IMG/VR virus record: IMGVR_UViG_3300025839_000054
Coordinates: 1 to 24,049 of that record
Origin: a virus
Lineage: Duplodnaviria; Caudoviricetes
Direction: 5' to 3' (one strand)
Length of the DNA: 24,049 nucleotides
Every line of letters begins with the position of its first letter. Position 1 is the stretch's first letter. Shown here piece after piece: positions 7,861-16,877 of this stretch. The notes beneath the pieces are model-generated. The model saw only the letters and a program-made list of their open reading frames with translations, made no database searches and was not told the DNA's origin. The position numbers and the translations under genes were made by a program.

Positions 7861-9897
7861 ATGCCAGATCAAACATTTAACATCAAAGATATAGCACGAG
7901 ATGCCCGTGTCCACTACGACGAGTCAAAGGCCGAGCTAGACGTTCGCATTACCCATTCCAAGCAAGGGTTCGATGGGTATGACATGTTATATCGCTCCCA
8001 GATTGATGCCGCCACATGGCCGTACAACGCTAAAGTATTCATACCTCTCGTATTCAAATCACTCTACGGTAAGGGTTCACGGCTTGTCACGGGTAAAGTT
8101 AAGGGTACGTTAGTTGCTGGTCCTGGTGGTAACGAGTTGGGTGCTAAGGTAGGTACTGAACTCTTATCAGCACAGTACGACGACCACGATTTCTACAATA
8201 ATGAGTCAATGATTAAAAAGATATTCCGGCTAGACCAGAACGCTCGCAAGTATGGTGCTGGTGTTGCGTTAGTCCCTTGGATGTACAGGAAGCACGAAGG
8301 TAAGGTTGAGTTTGATGGCCCAACACTTGAAGTATTAGACAACAGGCGTGTCATGTTCCAACCAGGTGCAAAGTCTATTGACGACTCTTTATACGTGATG
8401 GTTGAGCGTGTCCGGTCTCTTCAGGATATGCACGATACGGTTAATGTAGGTGAGAACTTGGCCAGAGAGTACACATACTCAAAACTCAAAGAGTTAGAAC
8501 GTGTAGCCGAGAGTGTGGCCAAAGAAGACCCGAATCGTGCTGACTCAATCAATACGATTATCCGGGGGTTGTCTGGTTCACGCACAGGTTATGGGAATGA
8601 TAGAGAGTTTATTGTCGTAACGGCATACTACGATGATAAATGGGTATCGTGGACACCTGACACGGGGAGTATTGGTGAAGAACCTGGACTTATCCTTAGT
8701 GTCAAAAAGAACCCATACGATCACAGACGCAAACCATTCGTTCTCCATGAGTATATTCCTATCGATGATGATATTTACGGCGCATCAGGTATTGAATCGG
8801 TACGAAGCGAACAGTTAGCGATTAACGCATTATCTAGTTTGTTCATTGAGAGTTCAGAGACTAGCCTGTATCCCATTGTCCACGGACATAAAACTAATGT
8901 TGACTGGAATACGATTGAGTACAAACCTAAGGCAGCATGGATTATGAATAATCCCGGCACCGACATTGTTCCTCACACCAACGATACGCAGTTCACCAAA
9001 GTATTTGTTGAAGCGTACAGGATGTTGTCCTCTTCATTCTCTGAGGGTATGGGTGAAACAGCACAGGACTCAAGCAATATGTCAGCGTTCCAGGCAGACA
9101 AAACGGCCACAGAAGTTAAAGACCTAGCGTTTCAACGCGGTAGTCGTGACAACTTGGAAAAACTGTTCATGGCAGGTACACTCACACGCATCTTTGGTAT
9201 GTGGTGGAGTATGGACAAACAGTTCTTAACAAGCAAGAAGATTATCAACATTGTGGGTAGTGATGCTCTTCGGTATTTTATTGATGAAGGATTAGATGGG
9301 TACACGTTAGCTGACGAGGGGTTTAGATTCCTAGAGAACTGGATGGAGGAGAATCCGGGGTTACCTTTTGATGAGGCGTATGAGAGTCTACGTGAGGCTG
9401 GAGTGTTAGACGCCTATTCCGAACCACTATATCCCGTGGCTATTAACGGTGAACAGTTGCCAAAACTCCAATTAGCTAAAGGTGGTAAGAGTGGATTCTT
9501 AGCTGTCGAACCGAAAGACTTATCGGGTGAGTACAGATTCCAACTAGACCTCAATACAATCAGCGCCAAGTCACCGGAATCAGAGGCAGCATCACTCTCA
9601 ATGTACTACGACAAGATGCATGAAGCTATGCCCGCACTCCTTGAAGAGGGGTACAAGATGAAACACAAAGAGTTGCTAGAAACTATCGGTGATAAGTTAG
9701 ATATCAAGAACGCAGAACAGTATTTTGAGAAGATGGACCCACGGGAATTAGAACAGATGAAGATGCAGGGGGCTGGACAGATGCCCCAGGACCCGAACAT
9801 GGTACAATCACCTCAAGGTCCTCCAGGCCCCCAACAGCTTATAGGGCAACAGTTAAATGGACAAGTCCAAACCAACCAACAACCTGTCAGAGCCTGA
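7861..9897 (+). CDS. Portal protein (P22 gp1-like)
   Basis: ~678 aa after TerL; ARKYGAGVALVPW, NPYDHRRKPFV, IYGASGIE, KTATEV motifs; Q/P/M-rich tail. The track start 7831 runs through the terminator, so ATG 7861 is preferred. Confidence 0.88.
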   Translation: MPDQTFNIKDIARDARVHYDESKAELDVRITHSKQGFDGYDMLYRSQIDAATWPYNAKVFIPLVFKSLYGKGSRLVTGKVKGTLVAGPGGNELGAKVGTELLSAQYDDHDFYNNESMIKKIFRLDQNARKYGAGVALVPWMYRKHEGKVEFDGPTLEVLDNRRVMFQPGAKSIDDSLYVMVERVRSLQDMHDTVNVGENLAREYTYSKLKELERVAESVAKEDPNRADSINTIIRGLSGSRTGYGNDREFIVVTAYYDDKWVSWTPDTGSIGEEPGLILSVKKNPYDHRRKPFVLHEYIPIDDDIYGASGIESVRSEQLAINALSSLFIESSETSLYPIVHGHKTNVDWNTIEYKPKAAWIMNNPGTDIVPHTNDTQFTKVFVEAYRMLSSSFSEGMGETAQDSSNMSAFQADKTATEVKDLAFQRGSRDNLEKLFMAGTLTRIFGMWWSMDKQFLTSKKIINIVGSDALRYFIDEGLDGYTLADEGFRFLENWMEENPGLPFDEAYESLREAGVLDAYSEPLYPVAINGEQLPKLQLAKGGKSGFLAVEPKDLSGEYRFQLDLNTISAKSPESEAASLSMYYDKMHEAMPALLEEGYKMKHKELLETIGDKLDIKNAEQYFEKMDPRELEQMKMQGAGQMPQDPNMVQSPQGPPGPQQLIGQQLNGQVQTNQQPVRA

Positions 9898-10150
9898 ATA
9901 CACGGCAGCGGTTAAAGGATTCGCCGAGAATCCGGCATGGGCACAATATCTCAAACCCCTCTTGCTTGAATCGGTACAAGCTGAACTCCCCAAACCTGGC
10001 GATGAAAACTGGGAACAACGATACATGTACTCTTATGCGTTAGCGCGAGCTATAGGCATGGTGGTTGATGCGGTAGAAAACACGGCATCTCGTGTTGATT
10101 TCGTACGTAAAGCTAAAGATATTGTAGAGGGAAAAGGAGACATGTGGTAG
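9857..10150 (+). CDS. Hypothetical head-module protein
   Basis: Overlaps the portal end; NPAWAQYLKP motif; position between portal and scaffold. Confidence 0.75.
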   Translation: MDKSKPTNNLSEPEYTAAVKGFAENPAWAQYLKPLLLESVQAELPKPGDENWEQRYMYSYALARAIGMVVDAVENTASRVDFVRKAKDIVEGKGDMW

Positions 10151-10335
10151 AAGAAAAAGCAATTGAACAGGTAGATGAAATAAAGATAACGCCAGAGACT
10201 GTCAGTGTAGTTATGGATGCTACAAAGTGTTCACATTTCTTCGAAAGAGACGGGGCTGGAGTTAAGTGTAGGATGTGTCAATTAGGGTTATATGGAGTGT
10301 ATGCCGATACAGAAGGAAAGCTGATTAAGTTGTAG
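10144..10335 (+). CDS. Small putative zinc-binding protein
   Basis: CSH...CRMC ligand pattern in 63 aa. Confidence 0.65.
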   Translation: MVEEKAIEQVDEIKITPETVSVVMDATKCSHFFERDGAGVKCRMCQLGLYGVYADTEGKLIKL

Positions 10336-10420
10336 TGTATAATTAAATTGGATTACGAGAGAACCTCGAAGCCGTTTATATGTCTATCACACGAGTGGTG
10401 GGTATCTAAGCGGCTTTTTT
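10333..10420 (+). promoter_or_regulatory. Promoter-leader-terminator unit 2 (before scaffold/MCP) with a long G-U-rich hairpin
   Basis: TAGTGTATAAT 10333-10343; AGAACCT 10360-10366; 22-position stem 10369-10390 / 10395-10416 with ACGA loop; T-run 10415-10420. Confidence 0.75.
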
Positions 10421-10465
10421 ATTAAGGCACGCGCGCGACGCCAGCGAGAAGGGCAGGTGATCAAT

Positions 10466-11158
10466 ATGGACAACACAAACGAGGGAGTAAGTGAGATGGA
10501 GGAACCCATCTCCGCGGAAAACCCCACCGCAAACAATCAAACCGGTTCGGCTGAGGACCAGCAGGACGACGCAGAAAACACAAGCCAAAACCAGGCTTTT
10601 GCAGCTATGCGTACTAAACTAACTGCAGCAGAACGCAAATTAGCACAGTACGAATCGGACGAATCGTTGTTAGACGCAGCACGAACAGTCCCTGCAAGCC
10701 AACCTAGAGATGATATTGAAGAAGAGGTCGAGCGACCTAACGATACCAATACTCAAATCGAGGAACTCAACGTTAGGCTCGATTTTCCTGAATATCAAAC
10801 GGATTCTCTTTTTAGAAAGAGGGTTGCTGAGAAGTATGCTGCTAGAGTTCTAGTTGCACAACAACAAGGCCGACGTATGCCATCAATGGTAGACGCTGCA
10901 CGAGATGCTAAGGCAGAGCTTGACGAGTTACGAGGAGGTGCTACATCTGAGGCTGAATCAAAGGCTATCGCTACCGAAGCCAACAAAGAAACAGCCAACG
11001 CAGAAAGCGTAGGAACTAGAATACAATCGTCTAACAATGGTTCGGGTGAAATCGAAGAAAGATACCGCAGAATCAATCGGGGAGATTCAGACGCATTAAC
11101 ACAAGTAATTGTAGATGAAGTCTTAACCGAAGAGGACATTAAAAAACTAGATCTATAG
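10466..11158 (+). CDS. Capsid scaffolding protein
   Basis: Acidic low-complexity N-terminus, NQAFAAMRTKL coiled coil, directly before MCP; SD AGGTGA at 10455-10460. Confidence 0.8.
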   Translation: MDNTNEGVSEMEEPISAENPTANNQTGSAEDQQDDAENTSQNQAFAAMRTKLTAAERKLAQYESDESLLDAARTVPASQPRDDIEEEVERPNDTNTQIEELNVRLDFPEYQTDSLFRKRVAEKYAARVLVAQQQGRRMPSMVDAARDAKAELDELRGGATSEAESKAIATEANKETANAESVGTRIQSSNNGSGEIEERYRRINRGDSDALTQVIVDEVLTEEDIKKLDL

Positions 11159-11198
11159 CTAGATGCATAATCGCTCAGATTGAGAGGTGAATTAAATT

Positions 11199-12113
11199 AT
11201 GGCACAACTAGCAGGAGTCCGACATACATACATGGATACAGTCCGAAGGGAAGATCTTTTGGATCGTATTTCTGATGTATCGCCAGACCGTAACTATCTA
11301 ACCACAACTTTACCGGTAACTGAGTTTTCTCAGACGTTAACAGAGTGGGCAGAATACTACGAAGCCCGACCAACTAGCAACACCGGAGTAGTTGAAGGAG
11401 ACGACAACACATATGCCGATCTTTCTCAACCAACCAAATACAACAACGTCTTGCAGATTATCAAGGAGACATTTGCTGTATCTGAAACCGATATTGCAGT
11501 TAATAAGGTATCCCCACGTGACGCTTACGCATCTGAGTTAGGCAAGGCAATGGGTCGCTGGAAGTCCAGAATGGAGTTCGCAATACTCCGTGGGACCAAA
11601 GCATCCGGAGCATCAGGAGTTGCACGAACAATGGACGGAATTATTCCTTTCACGATCGACAACGGTACTTACACCGTTCGCAATTCAGGTACATCCCTTT
11701 CTCAGCAAGAATTTACTGATATGTCAGTTGAAAGCTGGAACACCACCGATGAGCACTTAGTCAATCTATTGCTCACGACAGGAACAGTTAAAACCGCTTT
11801 CAGTAATTTCTTCACCACGTCAACACCAAAAACTATCGCCGCAGACGACAAGAGGCTCGTACAAGCTCTTGAAGTTATCGAAGATAACTTTGGTAACATG
11901 GTACAGATTCGCGCTCACAAAGATATGCCCGCAAGCACAGTTTTGGGTGTAAACACGAAACTTCTCTCGATTGGTTACTTAACCAACCGCAGACCAAAAC
12001 ATGTCGCTAATGGCATAACTGGAGACAACCGAAAGGGTCACATAGTAGGTGAGGGTGCGATCAGAGTTGCATCTGCTCGACCTTTCTACTACCGCGAAGG
12101 TTACAACTTGTAA
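11199..12113 (+). CDS. Major capsid protein (DUF5309 / SU10-like HK97 fold)
   Basis: REDLLDRISDVSP, TEW, VEGDD, NNVLQIIKETFAVSET, ARTMDGI, TGDNRKGHIVGE motifs; strong SD GAGGTGA; 304 aa. Confidence 0.88.
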   Translation: MAQLAGVRHTYMDTVRREDLLDRISDVSPDRNYLTTTLPVTEFSQTLTEWAEYYEARPTSNTGVVEGDDNTYADLSQPTKYNNVLQIIKETFAVSETDIAVNKVSPRDAYASELGKAMGRWKSRMEFAILRGTKASGASGVARTMDGIIPFTIDNGTYTVRNSGTSLSQQEFTDMSVESWNTTDEHLVNLLLTTGTVKTAFSNFFTTSTPKTIAADDKRLVQALEVIEDNFGNMVQIRAHKDMPASTVLGVNTKLLSIGYLTNRRPKHVANGITGDNRKGHIVGEGAIRVASARPFYYREGYNL

Positions 12114-12119
12114 TCTTAG

Positions 12120-12166
12120 CTCGGTAGCCGAGATAGCTCTCCAGACGGCGGTTTGGGGGGCTTTTC
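12120..12166 (+). terminator. Tandem hairpins / probable intrinsic terminator after MCP
   Basis: CTCGG-TAG-CCGAG (12120-12132), then a 12-bp stem AGCTCTCCAGAC / GTTTGGGGGGCT (12135-12162, with G-U pairs) and a short T-tract. Confidence 0.65.
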
Positions 12167-12181
12167 TCGTATAAATAACAA

Positions 12182-12550
12182 ATGAATATAGATGTAGTAA
12201 CAAACAATCAAATAAGACCCGCATGGGCGGTTCAGGCAGTCGACGACCTACTGAAAAAGATGGGCGATAAACCTATGTGGGAAGGTGTCGATTTTCTCGT
12301 CAAAACCCTGTACAAGATAAGGCCTGACTATATGAACGGCTTTGAAGTAACACAGGAAGATCGAAACCAGCTACTAAAAGATACAGGGGCAACTGACGAT
12401 AACAACCAACGCCACCTACTCTCGATGCCTCCTCTGCTTATGGATCTAGTCGCTTACTTTTATGAGAGTGACGTGGAGGAGGATCCTAAGCGTTTCTTTC
12501 GAGAGTTCGCACGGCGTTATCCACAATTCAGAAAGGCGGAGAAGGTATGA
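12182..12550 (+). CDS. Hypothetical protein following MCP
   Basis: 122-aa ORF with FFREFARRYPQFR C-terminal motif; ATGA-coupled to the first glycosyltransferase. Confidence 0.8.
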   Translation: MNIDVVTNNQIRPAWAVQAVDDLLKKMGDKPMWEGVDFLVKTLYKIRPDYMNGFEVTQEDRNQLLKDTGATDDNNQRHLLSMPPLLMDLVAYFYESDVEEDPKRFFREFARRYPQFRKAEKV

Positions 12551-14835
12551 GTAGGATAGCACTATCAATGATCATTAAAGACGATAGTGAGTCTGGGTTA
12601 CTAGAGCGATGCCTTCCAACCATCATGCCGTATGTGGATAAGTTGTTTGTAACAGGTACAAATACCCCGGATGACAAGATAAAGGCCATTGTGGATAAGT
12701 ATGAAGGCTCATACTCGTTCTTTAAGTGGGTTAAGAGCTTTGAGAAGGCACGTAACTACGCATTATCGCAAATTCCTGACTCTTACGATTATATAATGTG
12801 GTGCGATGCTGACGATATGTGGGAAGGGGCTGAAAATATTAGCAAAGCGATAGCAGAAATGGAGAAACGTAAGCTCACAGGTATATATTTTGACTATAAC
12901 TATGAGATAGGGGTTGATGGTGACGTTAGAATCAAACATCCACGGGAGAGAATCGTTAAGAATGGCTACTATGAGTGGAAAGGACACCTCCATGAGACGC
13001 TTGTACCTAAACGTGAGGTAGAGAATGGCTATTTCAAAGACATTGTAGTCAATCACTACCCACCTGAGAGTGCTAAAGAGGGTGCATTGGTTCGTAACCT
13101 TGAGATATTAGAACAAATGTATAAGGATGAGGGTGACAATCATGATCCACGTACCGAATTCTACCTAGCGCGTAACCTATTTGACGTAGATCAGGCTGAT
13201 AGGGCATACGAACTGTTTACGGACTATCTTAAACATAGTGGGTGGGATGAAGAAAGGGCGGAGGCACACCATTATATGGCTCTCACGCTTATTGCGAAGG
13301 GCAAAATGGCAGAAGCCATCGACCACCTGCTAATATCTGTTAAAGAGGCTCCATTGATTCCTACGTGGTACATAACGCTCGCATACACCTACACTTTTAG
13401 GCAAGAATGGGATAAAGCTACACATTTCGCTCGGTTGTTTGTAAATACGCCTCAACCCAATACTTCGATAGTCCAAACGCCCATAAATGACGAGATGCGG
13501 TACTACGAGACGATATTTAACATAGCGATGGGTAAACAGAAGATTGACGAGGCTGTAGAGACCGCTAGGGAGTTAGTAAATCGTATACCTAATAGGAAAG
13601 ACTACCACGAGAGATTAGCGGTTGTAACCCGCATTAAACAGCTCACAGACGTAACTAAAGGGTTGGCTCGTGTGATAGAGGAGCTTGATGAGAGTGGTGA
13701 GGCTGAAAAAATACAAGCAATGCTGAATGTGCTACCCAAGTCGATAGAGGATAACGCTTACGCATCTGAGTTACGTCAGAAGTATGGTCAACCTACGATA
13801 TGGCCATCCAAGTCAATTGTTTATTATACGGGGATGAGTTTTGAGGAATGGTCACCTAAGAGTCTCAAAACAGGGCTTGGTGGTAGTGAGACTGCCGTAG
13901 TGCAATTAGCTAAAACATGGAGAAGTCTAGGTTATACCGTGACGGTGTATGGCAATCACGGAGGCAATGAGGGTGTGTATGAGGGTGTGCAATATCTCAA
14001 CCACTACAAGTTCAACCCACGAGATACGTTTGACGTGCTGATTTCATGGAGAACCCCGCAGTTAGCAGACTATGGTATTAAGTGTCGCAAGCTATTTATT
14101 GATCTACACGATGTACCTAACCAGAATGAGTTTACAAAAGATAGGTTAAAAGCTATAGATGCTATCTTCGTAAAGAGCCAGTATCATCGCAACCTATTAC
14201 CCGATATTCCTGACGATAAGTTTGTTATTGTTACCAATGGCGTTGATCCTAAGTTAGAACCGAAGAAGATAGAGAAAATAGGCAACAAGATAATCTGGGC
14301 TTCTAGTTATGATAGGGGGTTACATTACGTACTTCACCAATGGAACAAGATCAAGACCGCCATACCCGACGCAACGCTTGATGTGTATTATGGGTGGAAT
14401 CTGTTTGACGTTGCGTGGAAGAACAACCCTGAGCGCATGGCGTGGAAGACACAGATTGACGAGCTAATGAAACAGGATGGTATTACCCACCACGGACGGG
14501 TAGGTCATAAGGAGTTATTGAAAGCTAAGGCGAGTGCAAGGATTCACTACTACCCCACTGACTTTGAGGAGATTGATTGTATAAGCGTGAGGGAAAGTGC
14601 GTTGGTTCAATGCGTACCTGTTACGAGTGATTACGCCGCGTTAAAAGAGAAGGCTTACGGCGTACGCGTATCTGGTGATCCAAGGAGTGAAAAAACACAA
14701 GACGCTATGGCTGACAAGGTGATAGAGTTATTAAGTAACCATGATACGTTGACTACTTTAGCTACTGATGGTCAAATTGAGGCAAAGAAAGAAACGTGGA
14801 TGAGTGTAGGTAAAAAATGGTTAAATCAAACATAG
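12547..14835 (+). CDS. Multidomain glycosyltransferase: GT2 (GT-A) - TPR repeats - GT4-like (GT-B)
   Basis: IALSMIIKD, SFEKARNYAL, WCDADD, WKGHLHE (GT2); TPR-like helices at ~aa 190-360; GLGGSETAV, WASSYDRGL, HHGRVGH, YPTDFEEIDCISVRESA (GT-B). Confidence 0.92.
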   Translation: MSRIALSMIIKDDSESGLLERCLPTIMPYVDKLFVTGTNTPDDKIKAIVDKYEGSYSFFKWVKSFEKARNYALSQIPDSYDYIMWCDADDMWEGAENISKAIAEMEKRKLTGIYFDYNYEIGVDGDVRIKHPRERIVKNGYYEWKGHLHETLVPKREVENGYFKDIVVNHYPPESAKEGALVRNLEILEQMYKDEGDNHDPRTEFYLARNLFDVDQADRAYELFTDYLKHSGWDEERAEAHHYMALTLIAKGKMAEAIDHLLISVKEAPLIPTWYITLAYTYTFRQEWDKATHFARLFVNTPQPNTSIVQTPINDEMRYYETIFNIAMGKQKIDEAVETARELVNRIPNRKDYHERLAVVTRIKQLTDVTKGLARVIEELDESGEAEKIQAMLNVLPKSIEDNAYASELRQKYGQPTIWPSKSIVYYTGMSFEEWSPKSLKTGLGGSETAVVQLAKTWRSLGYTVTVYGNHGGNEGVYEGVQYLNHYKFNPRDTFDVLISWRTPQLADYGIKCRKLFIDLHDVPNQNEFTKDRLKAIDAIFVKSQYHRNLLPDIPDDKFVIVTNGVDPKLEPKKIEKIGNKIIWASSYDRGLHYVLHQWNKIKTAIPDATLDVYYGWNLFDVAWKNNPERMAWKTQIDELMKQDGITHHGRVGHKELLKAKASARIHYYPTDFEEIDCISVRESALVQCVPVTSDYAALKEKAYGVRVSGDPRSEKTQDAMADKVIELLSNHDTLTTLATDGQIEAKKETWMSVGKKWLNQT

Positions 14836-15620
14836 ACATACTCTTCGCGTACTACAACCGTAACAGTGAATACTGGAAAGACGGGTTGCACGAGGCTCTT
14901 TCAATTCTCTCATTTGAATATCCACAGACTCATATAAACCTATTCCATGACGTATCCAAACCAGACAAGCACTATGACGTTGTTATTGCGTGGGGTGCGC
15001 TAGACTCACCTGCCGATAAATGGGTAAGAGAGAATTACCAAGACACACCATGTATTCTTTGCTATGGTGGTTCTAGTGAGATGCAGGAGGACTACAGCTT
15101 CTATGATGCTGTTTGTTATGAGGTTGGTTCGTTAGGTAAACAGATTAAACACCAGAACGCTATCCATGCGTTTGGGGTTAATACCAGGATATTTAGAAAG
15201 ATGCCAAAACCAACTAAAACGATAGATGTGCTCGGCGTTGGTGCGTTAGCGTACTGGAAACGATGGGAGCGTATGACCGGATTAGGTGGGGCTGTTAAAT
15301 TAGTCATAGGTGAGTATCAGCACAATAATGAGGATGAGAGTATGGAGATTATCCACAGACTAGCTACTGATGGTGTTGGTTATATTCCCATGATGCAACC
15401 GTGCAATCTAGCTGAATGGTACAACGCTAGTAAACTCGTATATATGCCAGCGAGTGTAGAGGGTGGAGGCGGTAGGGTTATTCTAGAAGCTAGGGCGTGT
15501 GGGATTCCTGTAGAGATTGAGGATGACAACCCGTTAAACCGATACTATCTCAACTGCCCTGTGTTTAGTGAACGATATTATGCTGATAAACTAAGGGAGG
15601 CGATAGAAAGCGTATGTTAA
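14817..15620 (+). CDS. GT4-like (GT-B) glycosyltransferase
   Basis: FGVNTRIFR, VGALAYWKR, LAEWYNASKLVYMPA...RVILEARACGIPV. Confidence 0.85.
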   Translation: MVKSNIDILFAYYNRNSEYWKDGLHEALSILSFEYPQTHINLFHDVSKPDKHYDVVIAWGALDSPADKWVRENYQDTPCILCYGGSSEMQEDYSFYDAVCYEVGSLGKQIKHQNAIHAFGVNTRIFRKMPKPTKTIDVLGVGALAYWKRWERMTGLGGAVKLVIGEYQHNNEDESMEIIHRLATDGVGYIPMMQPCNLAEWYNASKLVYMPASVEGGGGRVILEARACGIPVEIEDDNPLNRYYLNCPVFSERYYADKLREAIESVC

Positions 15621-16354
15621 AACTGTTCCTCTCACCACACAACGACGATGAGTCTCTATTTGGGGCTTATACCCTCATGCGCGAGAAGCCGTTAGTTGTG
15701 GTTGTGTTTGGTACTGCTAGTTATATGGGAAATGAATATGACGGTGGTAAGAGTGAGGAGATCGCTAGGTCTAAGGGCGCAACTATCCTACACGTAGACT
15801 CACACGATCAGGTGGTTATGCGTAATGCGGCGATAGACTACTTGCGGACCAAAGGTATTAAGTGGGCGCTTATAGTTGATGCTGACGAGTGGTGGGAACA
15901 TAAGTCTTTAGAGGGGGCGATGCAGTTCATTCAAGAGACGGTAGAGAGTGGCGCACAGTGTGAGGCGTTCACCAAAGAGTTCATTAACCTATTCAGACAA
16001 CCTACGTGGGCTACTAACAAGCTATACGGTACGAGACAGGACGGGTTAGTAGCCATTAGGACAGATAGGGTAACGGAGCGCAGACGTGAAACGTCGGGGT
16101 TTAAGGTGCTCATACCAGAAGATGTGGGCGGTATCTACCATTTTAGTTACGCAAAAGACCCGGCATTTATTAAACGTAAGTTAGGCAACTTCTCGCACGC
16201 TTCTGAGGTGATCGAGGGATGGTATGAGAATACATTTCTACCTTGTAGGCTAGAGAGTACCAACGTACATCCAACCGTACCAACCGTATGGCCTACTCTT
16301 CGCGAGATCACTCTACCCAAAGAGATAAAAGAAAGGTTTGTACCCTATGATTAG
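15614..16354 (+). CDS. Chimeric ORF: PIG-L deacetylase N-terminal fragment fused to an N-truncated GT2-like domain
   Basis: First ~32 aa carry LFLSPHNDDE (PIG-L HxDD motif); the remainder has D..SEEIA...GA, MRNAAID, WALIVDADEW, IYHFSYA (GT-A). Confidence 0.75.
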   Translation: MLKLFLSPHNDDESLFGAYTLMREKPLVVVVFGTASYMGNEYDGGKSEEIARSKGATILHVDSHDQVVMRNAAIDYLRTKGIKWALIVDADEWWEHKSLEGAMQFIQETVESGAQCEAFTKEFINLFRQPTWATNKLYGTRQDGLVAIRTDRVTERRRETSGFKVLIPEDVGGIYHFSYAKDPAFIKRKLGNFSHASEVIEGWYENTFLPCRLESTNVHPTVPTVWPTLREITLPKEIKERFVPYD

Positions 16355-16877
16355 CGTAGTTATACCCCATTTTCCTTACGATAAAGCTATTGACGAGACG
16401 CTAAAACGGTGCGTTGACAGCCTAAAAGGCCACGATGAGCTAATATTAGTAGTAAATCAGGGGATTGGATACGCTAGGGCGGTAAATATGGGTATCAATC
16501 TAGCTAAAGGCGACCATATTTGTATTGTAAACAACGACTTGGTGGTTGAAGCAGGCGATTTGACCGAATTAGTAAGCGATCACGTAACCTCCCCACGTAT
16601 AAACGAACTAACCCAGGATTTCCACGGCTCTTTTGTATGTATCCCACGCTCAGTCATCGACAAAGTTGGGCTATATGATGAGGTTTTTGAGGGCGGGTAC
16701 ATGGAAGACGTAGACTACAAGCGTAGGTTAGATGATGCGGGGATTATGTGTGAATGTATACCTTCTGTGGTCGTTAAACACGAGGGTGGTACTACCATAA
16801 AGGCAATTGGCAAAGAACAGGAGTACATAACTAAGAATAAAGAGCGATTCATGCAGAAGTGGGGGCTAAGTGTCTAA
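16347..16877 (+). CDS. GT2 family glycosyltransferase
   Basis: MISVVIP, GYARAVNMGI, IVNND, VGLYDEVF, YMEDVDY, VKHEGGTT. ATG 16347 preferred to the track start 16338. Confidence 0.92.
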   Translation: MISVVIPHFPYDKAIDETLKRCVDSLKGHDELILVVNQGIGYARAVNMGINLAKGDHICIVNNDLVVEAGDLTELVSDHVTSPRINELTQDFHGSFVCIPRSVIDKVGLYDEVFEGGYMEDVDYKRRLDDAGIMCECIPSVVVKHEGGTTIKAIGKEQEYITKNKERFMQKWGLSV

